Positions 1-13,620 of a DNA stretch of 64,000 nucleotides are shown here, piece after piece; the first letter of the stretch is position 1; every line of letters begins with the position of its first letter. Made by a program: the position numbers and the translations under genes. The DNA is from Lama glama (lineage: Eukaryota), in NCBI GenBank assembly GCA_028534125.1, contig CM052848.1:1674001-1738000 (forward strand). The letters run 5' to 3'. Under the pieces are notes generated by a model. That model was not told the origin of the DNA, ran no database searches, and saw only the letters and a program-made list of their open reading frames with translations.

Positions 1-3000
1 TAATATGGTAGATTTCTCCAGTCTTACATGAAGTGATGCTTTGTGGGCATAATGTAGTGAACAACATAGTTCTTGGCCAGACTGTCCTGGGATTTTAGGG
101 TGAGAGATTTTAAAGATGCTAATTTAAGCTTCTCGTGGTTATTCTTCTAGAGGACGTTTTAAATTTCCATTTCACTACCCATTTCTTGTTACAGAATAAT
201 TATGCGTAAGAAACAGTGCTTGCGTTTAAAGCCCGACTGCCACGTGTCCCTTCTCCTGAACAGGGTCGAATTCCAGGAAACACTGCTGGACAGCAAAACA
301 CAAACTTCACTGGCAAACACCTTTGAAGTTCTCCTTTTGCGCCTCTCGTGTTCAGACGCCCCCGCTGTCCGGTGCACTGCGGGTGTCTGGCCTGCGTGGG
401 GTGCCTGCCTCTCCTCCGGCAGCAGGTCCTCAGCTCCTCTGCACGTTCTGTGCCCACAGGCTCTCTTAGCTGCTCGGGTCCCCAACTCAGTTCTGTAGTG
501 TGTGAGCTCCTTGGCCCGTCTGGCTTTACCCGCATTTTCTGTTTGCCCATTACCCAGATTTTATTCACAGATGCGAGCCTGAGTTGATTTTCAGAGAGAG
601 TTGGGAAGAACAAGAGTTTGAGGAGAGCAAGTGAGGATTAGGGCAGAAGTACTGTTACTGAAAATCCAGCCTCTCCAACAGCCAGACTGAGACGTGGCGG
701 TGGAGACTGGGAGCCCGTCCTGGGGCTGGGGTCTTGAGTCTGATAGAAGAGCTGGGTGGGACAGAAAGGCAACAACAAACAGGGCATTTTTCCAGGGTGC
801 CCTATTCTTCTTAGTCTTGATGAATCCGCCTGGAGTCACGGGGAGACTCTGGAGGGCCTGGTGATCCTCTGAGGCTGTCGGCCCATGGCCTCCCTCCTGG
901 AGCACAGCTCCTGGGTCGAGGGATAAGCGATTCTGGGTAAAGAATGTCTGGCGAGTGGGGAGTGTAAGGGCAAGGTTGGGGGCTGTTAAGCACAGAAATA
1001 GTGGAGCAGGTGAAGCCAAGGTGGGGGTTTGTTAGAGAAAAGAGGAAAACAAGTTGCAGGAATTTTAGGTCAGAGTGAATCAGCAAGGAGCTTTAGCATC
1101 AGGGAAGCCATCCTGTTAGTTAGTTTCCCAGTCTTTTCAGTATTTAGTCCTTGGAATTTTAAAACATAGAATCTTTCCTTCCAATATAGCAGTCTACTTC
1201 CTAATACGTAAGACGACATTCAGAAGCTGTGAAAACACAGACATTTGGAAAAAAAAAAGTCCTCCTTTTAAGTGGCTCTAGCTGTCATCCATGCCTGCTT
1301 ATTAAATGGCATATGGTTTAGGAATTACGCCTGTTAAAGATAATCTTTTACTATTGAGTTGTTTTGCCTTTTTTAAAAATCGAATGGTGAAAAGGCTCGC
1401 CACACTTGAAGAACATTTCCAGCACGAGTACATGCCTGAAGCCTGAGGGCTATAAATCTCCATTTTCACATTTTTTAATATAGAACCATTTACTGTTGCT
1501 CCTTTGAAGTTTCATAACATTCATGATTATAATTACTGTAATCTGCCAAGATTATATATGAAATTATCTATTTAACTATGTCATTATTGTATCTCATGGT
1601 TAAACTTAGCGTTGTGTGAATTTATCATTTAAAAAATACATCTTTTAATCCTAGACTGCCAGGATTTTTTAAGTGCTCAGTATGTGTGGTGACAGTATTT
1701 TTACCCTACGCTGTTTCAGCAGGAGAGTTCCCTGTGCTTTTAAGTTATAAACTAAAAAAAAATAGGCCTGTGACAGCATTTATATTAAAAAAAGTAACAA
1801 AAATAAATTACCAAAATATATATAAAGAAGAGAAATTGTATTCAAAGCTTAAAACACTGGGGAAGGCTAGTGGAGAAAACAGTCTGGTTTTACAAGGCAA
1901 AGCGATGATGACTGGTGATTGGGGGGTGGGTCCAGAAGCTCTGAGTTGAGAGGTTTATGTCCAGGCATAGTTAGAAATACGGTAAGGGGACGGAAAGGGA
2001 CCACAGTGGGGAAAGTTCAGGAACTGGGTTTCATGTACACAACGTAATGAAGGAGAGACAGGAAAAAAAATGCTTTGGTTTCTACCCATTTAAGTGATGT
2101 TTTAGAAAGATTCTTTTGGCAACTTCATGCAGCGTTGACTAAATCAGAGCAAGACTAGACTCAGATTGCTTAGGTGTTGTTGTAACATGGCAGAGAAAAC
2201 AAAACAAGAAAGAAACGCTTTGAGAGTCTGGGATTGGAGTCATGGTCCTGGGAATAAAAATTAAAAAGTAGATGTTACAGACATTGCCAAAAAAGAATGA
2301 AAGAGTCACCACTTGTTGAAGGGAAGAGACAAAACTCTATATTTATTCTCTGTTTTTGGCCCTGGGCAACTTGATTCGGACATCTTAAGGGCTGACGGGT
2401 GGGGGAGAGGATCTCTTGGATTTCAAACATTGATGGAGAAGGGGACCCTGCCTATCACATGGTTAATGCTACGGAAATGGAACTTTGGGGCAACAAAAAT
2501 GTGCAAGTTTTTGGAGCTGATGGATAAAGCTTTCAGAACTAGAACTTTCTTTGATTACTTGCCAATTGGTAAAGAAGAGAAGAGGTTTTGTTTTGAAAGA
2601 AAGGCTGAATTAGAATTAGAAATTGGAATAGAAATGAGTCTGAGAGGGAAGTCTTGCCTTGAAATGGGACCAGAGAGCAAAGCTAATACAGGATCCTGAA
2701 ATCCAAGAGAACAGGATATTCTGCAAGAAAGACAGTGATCAGTCCAGTCTCTTGAATGTTGTTGCAATCATGTCAAACACTTCTGAGATTGTGGAGGATG
2801 AAGAATGAGAGAACTCCCTGGATTTACCAGAAAGGTGTCATTAATTATATTTAAAGTACGTTTTCAGGAAGCTGCAAGGATGATCGTTAAATAAAAAAGA
2901 TGCTGAAAGAAGAGAGTAGATGGTGACATAAAGGATGTAGGCAGGAAAGCTACCCACCCCCTTTTTTGGTCCTCACTGCAGCATATGCTGCACATACTTC

Positions 3001-3229
3001 GTTTTGCTCCTGAAGATAGTCTGGGACTCAAACGTGGGGCCTGTGTTATTATTTTGTGTTATGTCTGGAGCCTGGGACAGTGCCTTGGCCATGTGAGCAC
3101 TTAATGCACGATTCAGAAGACTGTCACAGAAGGGAAGGGGAGAAATAGAGGAGTAATTGGAGAAAACGTTAAGGGCAAGCAAAAAATATAATTACTTGTC
3201 TGCTTGCGTGCTTATTTTGTTCCGCGCAA

Positions 3230-3729
3230 NNNNNNNNNNNNNNNNNNNNNNNNNNNNNNNNNNNNNNNNNNNNNNNNNNNNNNNNNNNNNNNNNNNNNNN
3301 NNNNNNNNNNNNNNNNNNNNNNNNNNNNNNNNNNNNNNNNNNNNNNNNNNNNNNNNNNNNNNNNNNNNNNNNNNNNNNNNNNNNNNNNNNNNNNNNNNNN
3401 NNNNNNNNNNNNNNNNNNNNNNNNNNNNNNNNNNNNNNNNNNNNNNNNNNNNNNNNNNNNNNNNNNNNNNNNNNNNNNNNNNNNNNNNNNNNNNNNNNNN
3501 NNNNNNNNNNNNNNNNNNNNNNNNNNNNNNNNNNNNNNNNNNNNNNNNNNNNNNNNNNNNNNNNNNNNNNNNNNNNNNNNNNNNNNNNNNNNNNNNNNNN
3601 NNNNNNNNNNNNNNNNNNNNNNNNNNNNNNNNNNNNNNNNNNNNNNNNNNNNNNNNNNNNNNNNNNNNNNNNNNNNNNNNNNNNNNNNNNNNNNNNNNNN
3701 NNNNNNNNNNNNNNNNNNNNNNNNNNNNN
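3230..3729. other. Assembly gap (500 N)
   Basis: Run of exactly 500 N. Confidence 0.99.
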
Positions 3730-5769
3730 GTATTTACACTTCATCAGTGGTGCTCTCACTCAAGCAAATGAAGATAATCACTAAAGTAGATTGTATTCTG
3801 CTCTTTCTACCCCCATGTTCAGCATTTAAGCAAAAGATAATCCTGACATGTGCAGTTCCATGAAGTTAATAATAAAGACCTTACATCCATATAATGTAGG
3901 GATGATAAAGATCTTATGTCTGTAATAGTGATGGTCTGCGGTCTGGTTCTGATGCAGTTCAGTTGTCTATAACTCATGTATCCACACCATTGTATGTTGT
4001 TTGTTTTGACTCTAAATGACTCTCTCCTGCTCCAAGAGTGCCAGAGTACGTTAGAAATGCTTTCAAAGATTGGAACAAACTCTTTTTGCAGGATTAGCCA
4101 TTAGTTTCCTAGAACTTTAACCTAGTGCTTCTGTCCCCGTCATCTGTGGAGTCTTACTCGCATAAGTTTTTCTATCTTTCCGTTGTTTCTAAACAGTCCT
4201 ACTCGACAGTTTTGAGATGGAAAATTTCAGTAAAAATCCGCCTCTTGTCTTCTCTTTCCATCTCAATCAAAACTGTACCCCTAATATTTTTGGTCTGTTT
4301 TCTTTATCATGTTCACTTTATATTTCTTTATAGGAAAATAAGTTATCAGCTCAAGCCAGCTCTTCTGGGTGTGGAATAAGATTGATGCTGCAATGCTTCC
4401 TCCTTGTTTTGTTGAATAATTCAACTTTATAGTCATCTTGCACAGACCCTGACATTTTTCTTTCACGCAGGAGAAACTGATTTGAATTGATTGCACGCTT
4501 TGATCCCCAGCTTCTTTCTGTGCAGCTTCTCCTCCGTTGCTTTTTCCATCCAGGAAAATAACTATTTTGGTATTTATTACTTGTGTGGTTTTTTTCACCT
4601 TGACTATCAATATTGTCTGTTTATATCCGCTCTTTCCCCTTTATCTCAAAGGGCATTGCAAGGTAAAAAGTAAGTGATGCATTAGACATACTGAACCACT
4701 TATTATTTCTTATATAGTTTTCTAACATCTCTGCACAGAAGCATCATTTTCCCATTTCTGTGCAGGTCATCATCAAACCCAGTACAATCAAATACCATCC
4801 ATCTGTGTTACAATAAAGCCGCGGTCGCAGAGTCATGTAATGTTTGATCGGAAAAGGAACTTGAAGGTTGCGTTGTTTCTTATAGATGAGGAATCTGACC
4901 CCTCGGTATTGCCACCTAAGACGTGCGTTAGATTTCACGACGCATGAGAGCAGGATCAGGGCTAGAGGATGGGTTCTCACGTGGGACACTCTTTGTTCTG
5001 TACTGTTTAGTATGAAGTAATCAAATTGATGTAATCCATATTTAAAAGCTTCAGTTGGCTGTGTGGTTCCTGGGAATGCATCAGGGCGCGGATTAAGGCG
5101 GCATCTCACCCCATCCACTTCCCCGTCCCCTTAAAGAATAGGACTAGTGAGGTGGTTCAAGGATGTGTGGGTCAGTGGCATCCTTGGGGACACACAGTTA
5201 CACAATTAGGTGACAGTCCTAGTGGGTCCACACAGGAGGGACCAAGGACACTTTAACTTAAACTCCCAGGTCCTGCTGTCCAGTGGGGAAGGTGTAATTC
5301 AGTGTTGTCAAATACTGGAGAGGAATTCATTGAACAATTTATAATAAATGCTGGTTAGCACCGTATATGAATCACCCTTAATAAACAAGGTTTCGTGTTA
5401 AATATCTTATCTTTGAAACTTAAAGATAACAGTAGCCTTGGTTTTTTACTTATTTTAGCCATGTTTCCAGTTATTTCAGTAGCTCTGGCAACATATTACC
5501 AATGAAGTAATCATTCAACCAACAAAAACATTTTGTGTGTGTTACATTAGCAACAAGTATGTGGAGTCATATTCAAATTGCAGCAGACATGTATACATAC
5601 ATTGAAGTCTAATAACTGAACAATTTAGGCCAAAAATGCTGTTGGAAAGGTATGCATCACTAGTATGACTCAGACAACCCACAGCAGACTAAACTGCTAA
5701 TGAAGTGGGTAAAGGAACGGTGATTTATACTTAAGATGCGTAACAGCAGCCTTCAGTACTGATGGCATT

Positions 5770-5952
5770 CAACAACAAGGTCCTGCTGTAGAGCACAGGG
5801 AGGTGTATTCAGCGTCTTGTAGTGACCTGTGATGAGAAAGACTATGAAACGGAGTATATGTGTGTATATGGGTGATGGAAACATTATGCTGTGCACCCGA
5901 AGTTGACACAATGTTACAAACTTGATTATACGTCAGTTTATAAATAAATAAA
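5770..5952 (+). mobile_element. 5'-truncated L1 3' end (artiodactyl/camelid type)
   Basis: caacaaggtcctgctgtagagcacaggga...acattatgctgtgcacccgaagttgacaca...taaataaataaa. Homologous to the copies at about 41230-41590 and 44365-45055. Confidence 0.8.
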
Positions 5953-8754
5953 CGCGTACACTAAAAAATAGATAAATAAATGCTGCTGACATTCAGCGGC
6001 AGACTCTGCTCGCCGAGCTGTTTTGTTTTCCTCCTGGCGTAAAAGTAAGCTGCGCTCAACACCTTGTTCTGCGGGCAGCTGAGGACGTGAGACGGGGCTC
6101 CAGTCAGCGGAGTGCTGACAGACACGATGCGTAGCATTTCTGTTCCTGGTCCCTGAAGCCCTCGTGCCGTCCGCTGCCTTCCAGCCTCCTTGTTGGAGGA
6201 TGAAGATAAGCCAGTGCGAGGCTCTGACGATACAGGTGTCTGGGTCCTTAAACCATCAGGTCTCCCCATCCCCGCACGTGTCCCTCGTTGGACTGCGACT
6301 GCGGCAGGAGACGGAAGTAAACCTTTGCCACGTTAAATGACTGAAGTTTTGGGTGGTGGCTTAGCCGTGACGGGCTGAATGTTACAATGGAAGTTCAAAA
6401 AGTTGCGTCTGTAAGAACCAAAGAGAACTCATCTGTAAGAAACAAAGGCCGGATTTGCATTCTTGAACGAGTCTGAGGGCCCATCAAGGAAAGCCTTACT
6501 GCTTCTTCAGAGGCTTCAGAGCAGGCTCTGGGGACGGAGGGGGTCCAGGGAGAGGAGAAGGAAGTGAGCGGGTTAGACAGCCCCTTCCTGGAACTGAAGA
6601 CCAGGATGTTAGCGGAGCCTTTTCCCAGAAGGTGGTCCTAGAGGTAAGGGCACGAGGTGACCAGAGAGTCTGTCTAGGCTAAAGGGTAACAGAAAGGCTA
6701 ACGTGTGGTCCCCCAAGCTAAGAAGGGATGTGCCCCAGACTGGAGCAGAAGCCGGGTGGCTTTGCTTTGAGGTCCTCTTGTGGTGTCTCTGGTGTCTAGT
6801 AGGCATGTGTATAGAAGCAGGAATAATTAGAGGTTATGGTAGAGCGTAGGAAAAAGAATTGGAAATTAAGGATCAGAACTATTTCTTCCACCGTCCTTCA
6901 ACAAGAAGACTCAACGGGCTTTTAGTTTACCCTCAGAGATACGCTTGTGCACAGTGTGGTGAAGACGAAATGAAGACATACGTGTGCAAGTACCTAGCTC
7001 AGTGTTTGTCTCAGTGAACGTTTGTTGATCGTTGGCTGAAGTGATGTTTATTTTTTTAAAAATTACAGGAGAAGAAAAGAGTACCTCACCTCTTTGTTAC
7101 TCATGCTCAGAGACATGTCACTTTTTTTCCCCCCAAAACCATCTTGCAAATTAGCTGCATTCCCTGACTCCATGTTTTCATAGATTCTTTTACAGAAGTG
7201 GTTTTCAGACTCCAGTATGCATTAAAAATTGCCTGGGGAACTTGTTGAAATATGAATTCCATACACACACTGAGTAAAAGTCTTGTATGTAAGAGAAGGA
7301 GAGAGAGACGCGTAGAGCCGTCACTTAGCTCCTAGGCTGCCCGTCCAGTGAGATCTGTCCCTGCATCCGAGCGTGTGCCGCGCACCGAAGAACATACGCC
7401 ATCTCTTCCGCGTTAAAGGCCGGCTTTGGCTGCAAGCAGCGTTTCTTCCCACAGGAGTGCGGTGGAATCCTGCCTCATCCTCACCGTGTGCTTTAAAGAC
7501 CACCTCCAGAGCAACTTCTGGATGTCCGCAGTGAGATGCGAGCGTCCTCTCTGGGCCCAGCTGAGACACCTTGCAGCTCTGACAGTGTGCGTTCTGTCCC
7601 GTTGGTGTTATGTTTCTGGCGTACTTGCTCATTTTCGCCCTTCTAGCATTCCCAGATTATAATTACTCTGAGAATGTTCTTATCTGTGTACACTTCCAAT
7701 GCCCAGTACATATGTTCTTACATTTAATAGGAACTTATTTTTTTTAATGAATTTCATTACTGAGACCTAATCCAGCCTGAAGCCTTATGTCAGACAGGTC
7801 GATATTCGATAACCACTTTCAGAATCAGTGAGTTTGTAGTAGCGCCACGTGCCTACAATTGTCAGCCATGAAAGGAAGTATCATTTGCTTCAATTTGGGG
7901 ATTAAGGCTTGAGAGAGACCATTAGTGATGTTTCCAGGAGATTCAGCAAACGTGAAGCTTTAGACACAGACACAGCCCCAACGCACACACACACATACAC
8001 ACACACACACGAGTCACACGCAGCCAGTGAGAGCCCAGCTGGGGCTTTTGTGAAGCTGGGCATACCTAGGTCATGTGAATGTTCTGAAAGTTTCTTTCGT
8101 AGGATCCTTGTTTCCCTTTGATGAGCACCCCATAATCTTGATTTATATCTGTCCGGGTCCTCTGGATTGTTAAATGTGGCCTTGTGTTATCTCGCCAGTT
8201 TGAGGGCACATTTGATCTTGAAACTGGAGGGTCCTTTAATCAGTCAATGTCCCTTGGGCCAACTGGCTGGGATGCTCCAAGGACCGGGGTGATGGCAGCT
8301 GGCCGCCCTTGCGGGCCACTTCTGATTCTGAGGAAGCGAGACCCTCCATAAGGTCAATTGAGCATTTTCATCCTGCGGCTGTTTTAACAGCAGGGTCTTA
8401 TACGAGGTCGAGACTGCAGACGTTCCTGGATTACGTGCCTGTTCAGATTCTTCGCACGCTCCTTCCTCGTCCAGCTGTTAGTGGAGGTTAACCAGCCCGT
8501 CACTGTGCCTCCTCTAGTGATGGTTTGGTTTGCAGTTTTCCTTAAGCGCTGGTTACATTTTGAACTGCGGGAGTAAGCTCCTTAGAAACGCTTATCCACG
8601 GGTGAGTTGAGGAAGCCTTTAAGGGCGAAACTAAATTTGAACTGATCTTTTGAATAATTAGAAGTTCCCTGGAGGAGGAGATCCTGGAATACTGGTGCCA
8701 TTAGTATTTATTTCCTTTGTTATTTTTCATTTTTTGTCATAGCCTTTGATTTTC

Positions 8755-8906
8755 AGCAGTTCTGCAGTGATGGAAACGTTTTCTATCTGTCCTGTCAGAT
8801 GCAGTCACCACTTAGCCACCTGCGGCCACTGAGCACTTAAAATGTGACTAGTGTGAGTGAGGAACTAGAATTTTAAGTTCCTGTAATTTAATTTAATTTT
8901 GAATAG
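8755..8906. mobile_element. MER3/MER33-like hAT DNA transposon relic
   Basis: tctgcagtgatggaaacgttttctatctg...cactgagcacttaaaatgtgactagtgtgagtgaggaact resembles the MER3 consensus as recalled. Confidence 0.6.
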
Positions 8907-8924
8907 TCTCCTTACTGGACAGAA

Positions 8925-9140
8925 TAGGTCTGGGCAGTGGGCGGGTCTGCCCCTCCCCCCCAGAGGCGTGCGCAGTGTCTGGGGGTGTTTCTGGCTGTCA
9001 AGGCTGGAGGGGGCGCCGCTCACACCCAGCGGGTGGAGAGCAAGGGTGCCCCTGAGCTTCCTGCAGCGCACAGGGCAGCCTGCACATCACAGGACGATCT
9101 GGTCCAGAGTATCAAGGATGCTGAATCAGAGCAACCCTGT
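8925..9140. mobile_element. MER20-like hAT DNA transposon relic
   Basis: cagtgtctgggggtgtttctggctgtca...cagcgggtggagagcaagggtgcc...cagcgcacagggcagcc...gatgctgaatcagagcaaccctg follows the MER20 layout. Confidence 0.65.
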
Positions 9141-10049
9141 CTGGAGTCTGAGGTTTTTCAGAGGAGAATAGTTTCATCTTCTGAGTGCCTAACAATTTGT
9201 CGTTATGTTTGTTCATGGCCTCTAAACTGCAGAAAAAGAAATAGAACAAAGAGACCAAATGGTCAATACCAAAAGCATTGGAAGCACATCATTTTGGGAA
9301 AAAAAAATAGAGACAGTCGAGTGCTTCGGAGACACACACAGTGCAGGTTACAGTCCTTGTCAGCTGGCCGAAGCAGTGAGCTCCCCAAGGACGGGATGAC
9401 GCCGAAGGTGGACAGGCTGACCGTCGGAACACTGTGTGCAGGCAGACGGGCATAGTCAGTGTCCGTAAAACTGCTCCATGTTACCAGGGCAGATGTTAAT
9501 GTTAACATTTATCATCTTCGAAATATGAGCAACACGTTTTAAATTAATATAGAGAAAATGAAAATAATCAAAAATTACTCATTCTATTTCTGATTTCTGA
9601 AAGCGATACATTGGCCCTTTTCTACACTTCTCGGTAAGTTAAGTAACCTGGGCCTTATTTTGTAGTCGAGAGCGGCAGCCTCAGAGAACTTACCCGCCAG
9701 GGTTACGATGGCTGGTCACCCTCAGCTTCTGGTTTCAAACCTAGTTCTCACTGTAAAGTAAGGGGAGTATGTCCCTTGCTTGCGTGCATCTGCCTTGCTG
9801 TGTTTTCAAATGAAGAAGCCATTGCCGAGCGCTCAGGAGGGCGACCGAGCACAGTGCTGGCTACGGGGCAGAGCAGGGATGGAGCCCAGCTCGCGCTGAG
9901 TGACTTCGAACGCTGTGAAATTTCTAATCACAGCCAGCTTCTTGTCACTGAAAGCCGGGACTGCTTTTGTTTTGTTTCTCCAAATAAAGCCACCTATTAG
10001 GTGGTGAATTCTGGTGGGAAGGTATGTGGATTGTACCTGTTTCTTTATA

Positions 10050-10693
10050 AGACTTTGTTTTTTAGGGCAGTTTTAGGTTTACACTAAAAGTGAGAGGGAG
10101 GCACAGAGATTTCTCATGGAACCCCTGGCCCCCCATATGCACACCCCCCCATTATCAACATCACCCACCAGAATGGTAGGTGCCTTTGTAACCAAGGGTG
10201 AACCTGCACGGAGCCGTCATGAGCACCCCAAGTCCGAGGCTCACAGTGCACATTAGGATTCACTCTTGGTGGTGTACCTCCTTCGGATTTGGGCAAATGT
10301 ATAATAACATATATTCATCATTATAATACCATTCAGAATATTTCACAACCCTGACAATCCTCTGTGTTCCGCTGACATCTCTCGCCTCCCTCCTCAGTGA
10401 CCACTGATACTTTTATTGTCTCTGCAGTCTTGCCTTTTCCAAAATGTCCTGCAGTTGGAATCAGACAGGATGTAGCCTTTTCAGATTGTCTTCATTCACT
10501 TCCATACACATTTAAAGTTCCTCCGTGTCTCTTCACGGCTTGATAGCTCGTTTCTTTTTAGTGTTGAATAGTATTCCAGTGTCTGGATGGACCACAGTTC
10601 ATTTATTCATTTGCCTACTGTTTGGTTACTTCCGTGTCCAGGTTTTTGTGTGGACACAAGTTTTCAGCTCCTCTGGGTAAATACCAAGGAGTG
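10050..10693 (-). mobile_element. Old L1 (L1MC/L1MB-like) 3' region
   Basis: gcagttttaggtttacactaaaagtgag...attatcaacatcacccaccagaatggta...gtttttgtgtggacacaagttttcagctcctctgggtaaataccaaggag is typical antisense L1M 3' sequence. Confidence 0.75.
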
Positions 10694-11370
10694 TCAGATA
10701 AAACCTAGTTTAAAAATTGATCCTTTTCTCTCAAACTCATTTCTCATAGGTGGCATCTGACTTTTCATGTCCTAAAAAGTCAGCATTCATTAAGCTGATG
10801 GTAGAAACTTAGAGCGTAAAAGCGCCATGTATACTGGAAGCTATTATCTTGCTAGTTGACACGGCACGCTGCTCTAAACGGAATTCTCTTTGAGCCTTTT
10901 TTCACATAAATTAAGTACGTATAATGAATTTTATGAATATTACCACATTTTTATAAAAATACTACATTACAAGATGCAACAATTTCATATGCTTTGTCTT
11001 ACAATGAGCTGTTGCCTGAGTGGATGATGATGGTGATAATAATAATAGTTTGCTGCTGTTTTTCGGTGGCGGGGGTGGGGAGGGGGGCAGAGAACACTCG
11101 CTGTCCTCTGAAATGCTGGGACTCCTCTCTGTCCTTCCCTTCCTTCCATGACCCTTCCCTCCCTCTCTTCGTTTCTCCTTTCTTTTTACTAGTGTTTATT
11201 AACTACCTACAAGATTTCAGATGCTGGGGTAAACCCTGGGGGTGCAAAGGGAAAATCAGTTTGATATTAAGGAAACTACACTTACCAGGTCCCCTCACAC
11301 CTTGAACCGCTCCCCGTGAAGGATCAGCCCTCCAGATACCTGCGTTCCCACAGCTCGTCGTGTCACAGTA

Positions 11371-11592
11371 CAGTTGGCCCTTGAACAACGTGGGTTTAAA
11401 CTGATGGGTCCACTAATGGATTTTTTTTATTTGGTAAGTGCTGTGGTACGACGTGATCCATGGCTGGTTGAATCCACGGAGGTGGAACCATGGATATGAA
11501 TGTGGAAGGCAACTTGGGGCTTGAGCACCTGTGGATTTTGGTGCCCTCAGCGCATCCTAGAAGCAACCCCCATGGGTACTTAGGGACCGCTC
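11371..11592. mobile_element. Tigger2/MER8-like non-autonomous TcMar element
   Basis: Starts ta|cagttggcccttgaacaac (Tigger2-type terminal repeat after TA), contains ggttgaatccacgga, and ends with a degenerate terminus ggtacttagggaccgctc. Confidence 0.65.
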
Positions 11593-11599
11593 TTGTTAA

Positions 11600-11990
11600 T
11601 ATTCAATGTGCTAGGCTGCTGTAACCGAAAGACGCAGACATCCAGTGCCCTAAACAGACAGCCAGGCAGCTGCTTTCTCTCTCAGGTAACAGTGCAGGGG
11701 GGAGGGGTCGAGGTCTGGCGGGCAGCTCCGCCGTCCTCAGCGTGAGGCTTACACCTCCTGGTCCAGGTGGCTGCCCCTTCCTCTCTCAGCCAGTGCACCT
11801 CAGAAAGAGGGACAAAGGCCAGGGGAACACAGACCTAGTAGTCTTAAGGGCACACATCTCAGCCACTCAAACCCCGTTTTTCAGAACCGGATGACAGGAT
11901 TACAGAAGGGCAGAGGATGCTGGGAAGTGAAGACTTGGCTGGTGGCCACGTGTCCAGGTGATGCTCTCAAAGGATGGAGGCAGCAGAGAA
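11600..11990. mobile_element. MLT1-type (ERVL-MaLR) LTR relic
   Basis: gctaggctgctgtaac...cagtgccctaaaca start and ggctggtggccacgtgtccag end resemble old MLT1 LTRs. Confidence 0.45.
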
Positions 11991-12579
11991 TGACCTTATG
12001 GACCAAGTGCCAGCTGGCTGCATACCTGTTCCAGCAGTTAATGCTTTGGTGTTTATACATGACACACGCGTGCTTACGTGCGCTCTACCTTGATAATAAG
12101 CATCACACTGGCCTGGAATGTCTGGTCGTTTTCATGTACCCAATGAATAGCAGCCATGCAGACTCCTGTTAGACCCTTGATAACATAGAATGAATTCTGT
12201 AAAAATGTTCAGAAACCTACATGTAGCATTTTTCGTGGGTCTATCAAACATGAAGTACTGTTTTAGGAACTTTCTATCACTCTGGGAATACGTGGGTTTA
12301 GAGCTTGCTTACTTAACGCTTTTCTTTCCCATAAGCCTTCCAACGCCATTTGCTTCCAGAAAATAAATTGGAACAACATTTTTTTAAAAGGCATCCAGTG
12401 AGTTGGAAACAGCCAGGAAAACTAGAAAAATCAGAGTGAACAGCACTATGTTATAAACTGAAAATGCCATGAATATATTGATCATAAATATAGTTAAACA
12501 TATATATCTGCATATAACACATACATGTATATGTATATCTGTCTGGGTTAAACATTTTTTAAAATATTTTAATTTTAAT

Positions 12580-12734
12580 TTTTTTGTTTTTTTTTTTCTT
12601 TTTTTTGGAGAGGGAGGTAATTAGGCTTATTTATCTATTTATTTATTTAATTTAAAAAATGGAGGTACAGGGGTGGAACCCAGGACCTCGTGCCTGCTAA
12701 GAATGCATGCTGCCACTGAGCTAGACCCTCCCCA
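12580..12734 (-). mobile_element. tRNA-derived SINE, camelid Vic-1-like
   Basis: Reverse complement reads GGGGGAGGGTCTAGCTCAGTGGCAGCATGCATTCTTAGCAGGCACGAGGTCCTGGGTTCCACCCCTGTACCTCC...AAATAAATAAATAGATAAATAAGCCTAATTACCTCCC plus an A-rich tail. Pol III A and B boxes are present and it is homologous to the copy at 62565. Confidence 0.85.
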
Positions 12735-13089
12735 TATTTAAAGATTGTTTTTTAGGTACATGTGACAGAAATCCAATCCAGATTAGGTTCAGCAAGAGGG
12801 AAGGTGTCCTATGGATAAGGAGGATCTTAAGGCACCCAGGGGAAGCTGGGAATAAAAACTGAGATGCCCCGAGTCTCCCTCTGTATCTCAGCCTAGTCCC
12901 TTTATGATCTGCGCCGTATTTTTTTTTCATACTCACAACCCTCTTTTGTTTTTCTGTCCACAAAGCACTAACGAGGGGGATGCAATCTGAGTTTGCACAG
13001 AGAGAGGCAGTGTTGCTGCACGACCTTGGATGAGTTAGGACAGCGTCTGGGCCGCTGTGATGAGGCGCACCTTGGGTGAGGTGCCAACC

Positions 13090-13620
13090 CCTTGACTGTT
13101 GTTTTCAAAGGTGGCCACGCCCAGTCCTTCCTTGTTCCTTTGCAGGGTGGCTCCTCTGCGTCTGTCACCGGGAAGTGGAGTCTGTTTTCCCCACCCCTGG
13201 AATCCGGAATTACCTTAAGACTTGCTTTGACTGGCACATTGTGGCTGGCGAGTGAGTTTTGCGCTCAGGTCTGCAGACACTCTGTAGCTTTCCGTTCTGT
13301 CCTGTCATAATGCTGACCTTAGAGGACCAAGGCACGAAGGCCCCCAGGTGAAAGACTAAACAGGAAAAGGAGGGAGCCGTCCCAGCCGACCCTGGCCCCC
13401 AGCCGACCCTGGTCCCCAGCCAGCAGCCAGTGCCGACTGCTAAACGTGAGCTGAGGGTGTTTTCAGCCTCCGGCACAGCGGGTCCTGTGGTTGAATGTGA
13501 CTGTGTGTAAGTTCAGGGGACCCTTGCCACTCCTCACCCCAAGTCATGGAAAATAGAAATGGGTTTTTCTCTGTGTGTGTGTTGGTTTTTAATGCAGTAG
13601 GAAGTAACTGGGACAACCTT
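13090..13620. mobile_element. MLT1 (E/F/G-like) MaLR LTR relic
   Basis: gaagtggagtctgttttccccacccctggaatc...gacttgctttgac...cagccagcagccagtgccgactgctaaacgtgag matches MLT1 motifs as recalled. Confidence 0.6.

Noticed and set aside
355-382. REST/RE1-like site (gcacc-ggacagcg on the - strand)
   Set aside because: It lacks the TCA of the left half-site and the 2-bp spacer, so it cannot be supported without ChIP data.
3157-3863. Long ORFs spanning N runs (also 23035-23667 and 58576-59496)
   Set aside because: Artefacts of translating N as X.
11670-11692. Intronic recursive splice site tgctttctctctcag|gtaaca
   Set aside because: The donor half is weak and the site lies inside an old LTR relic. 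Such a motif is expected by chance.
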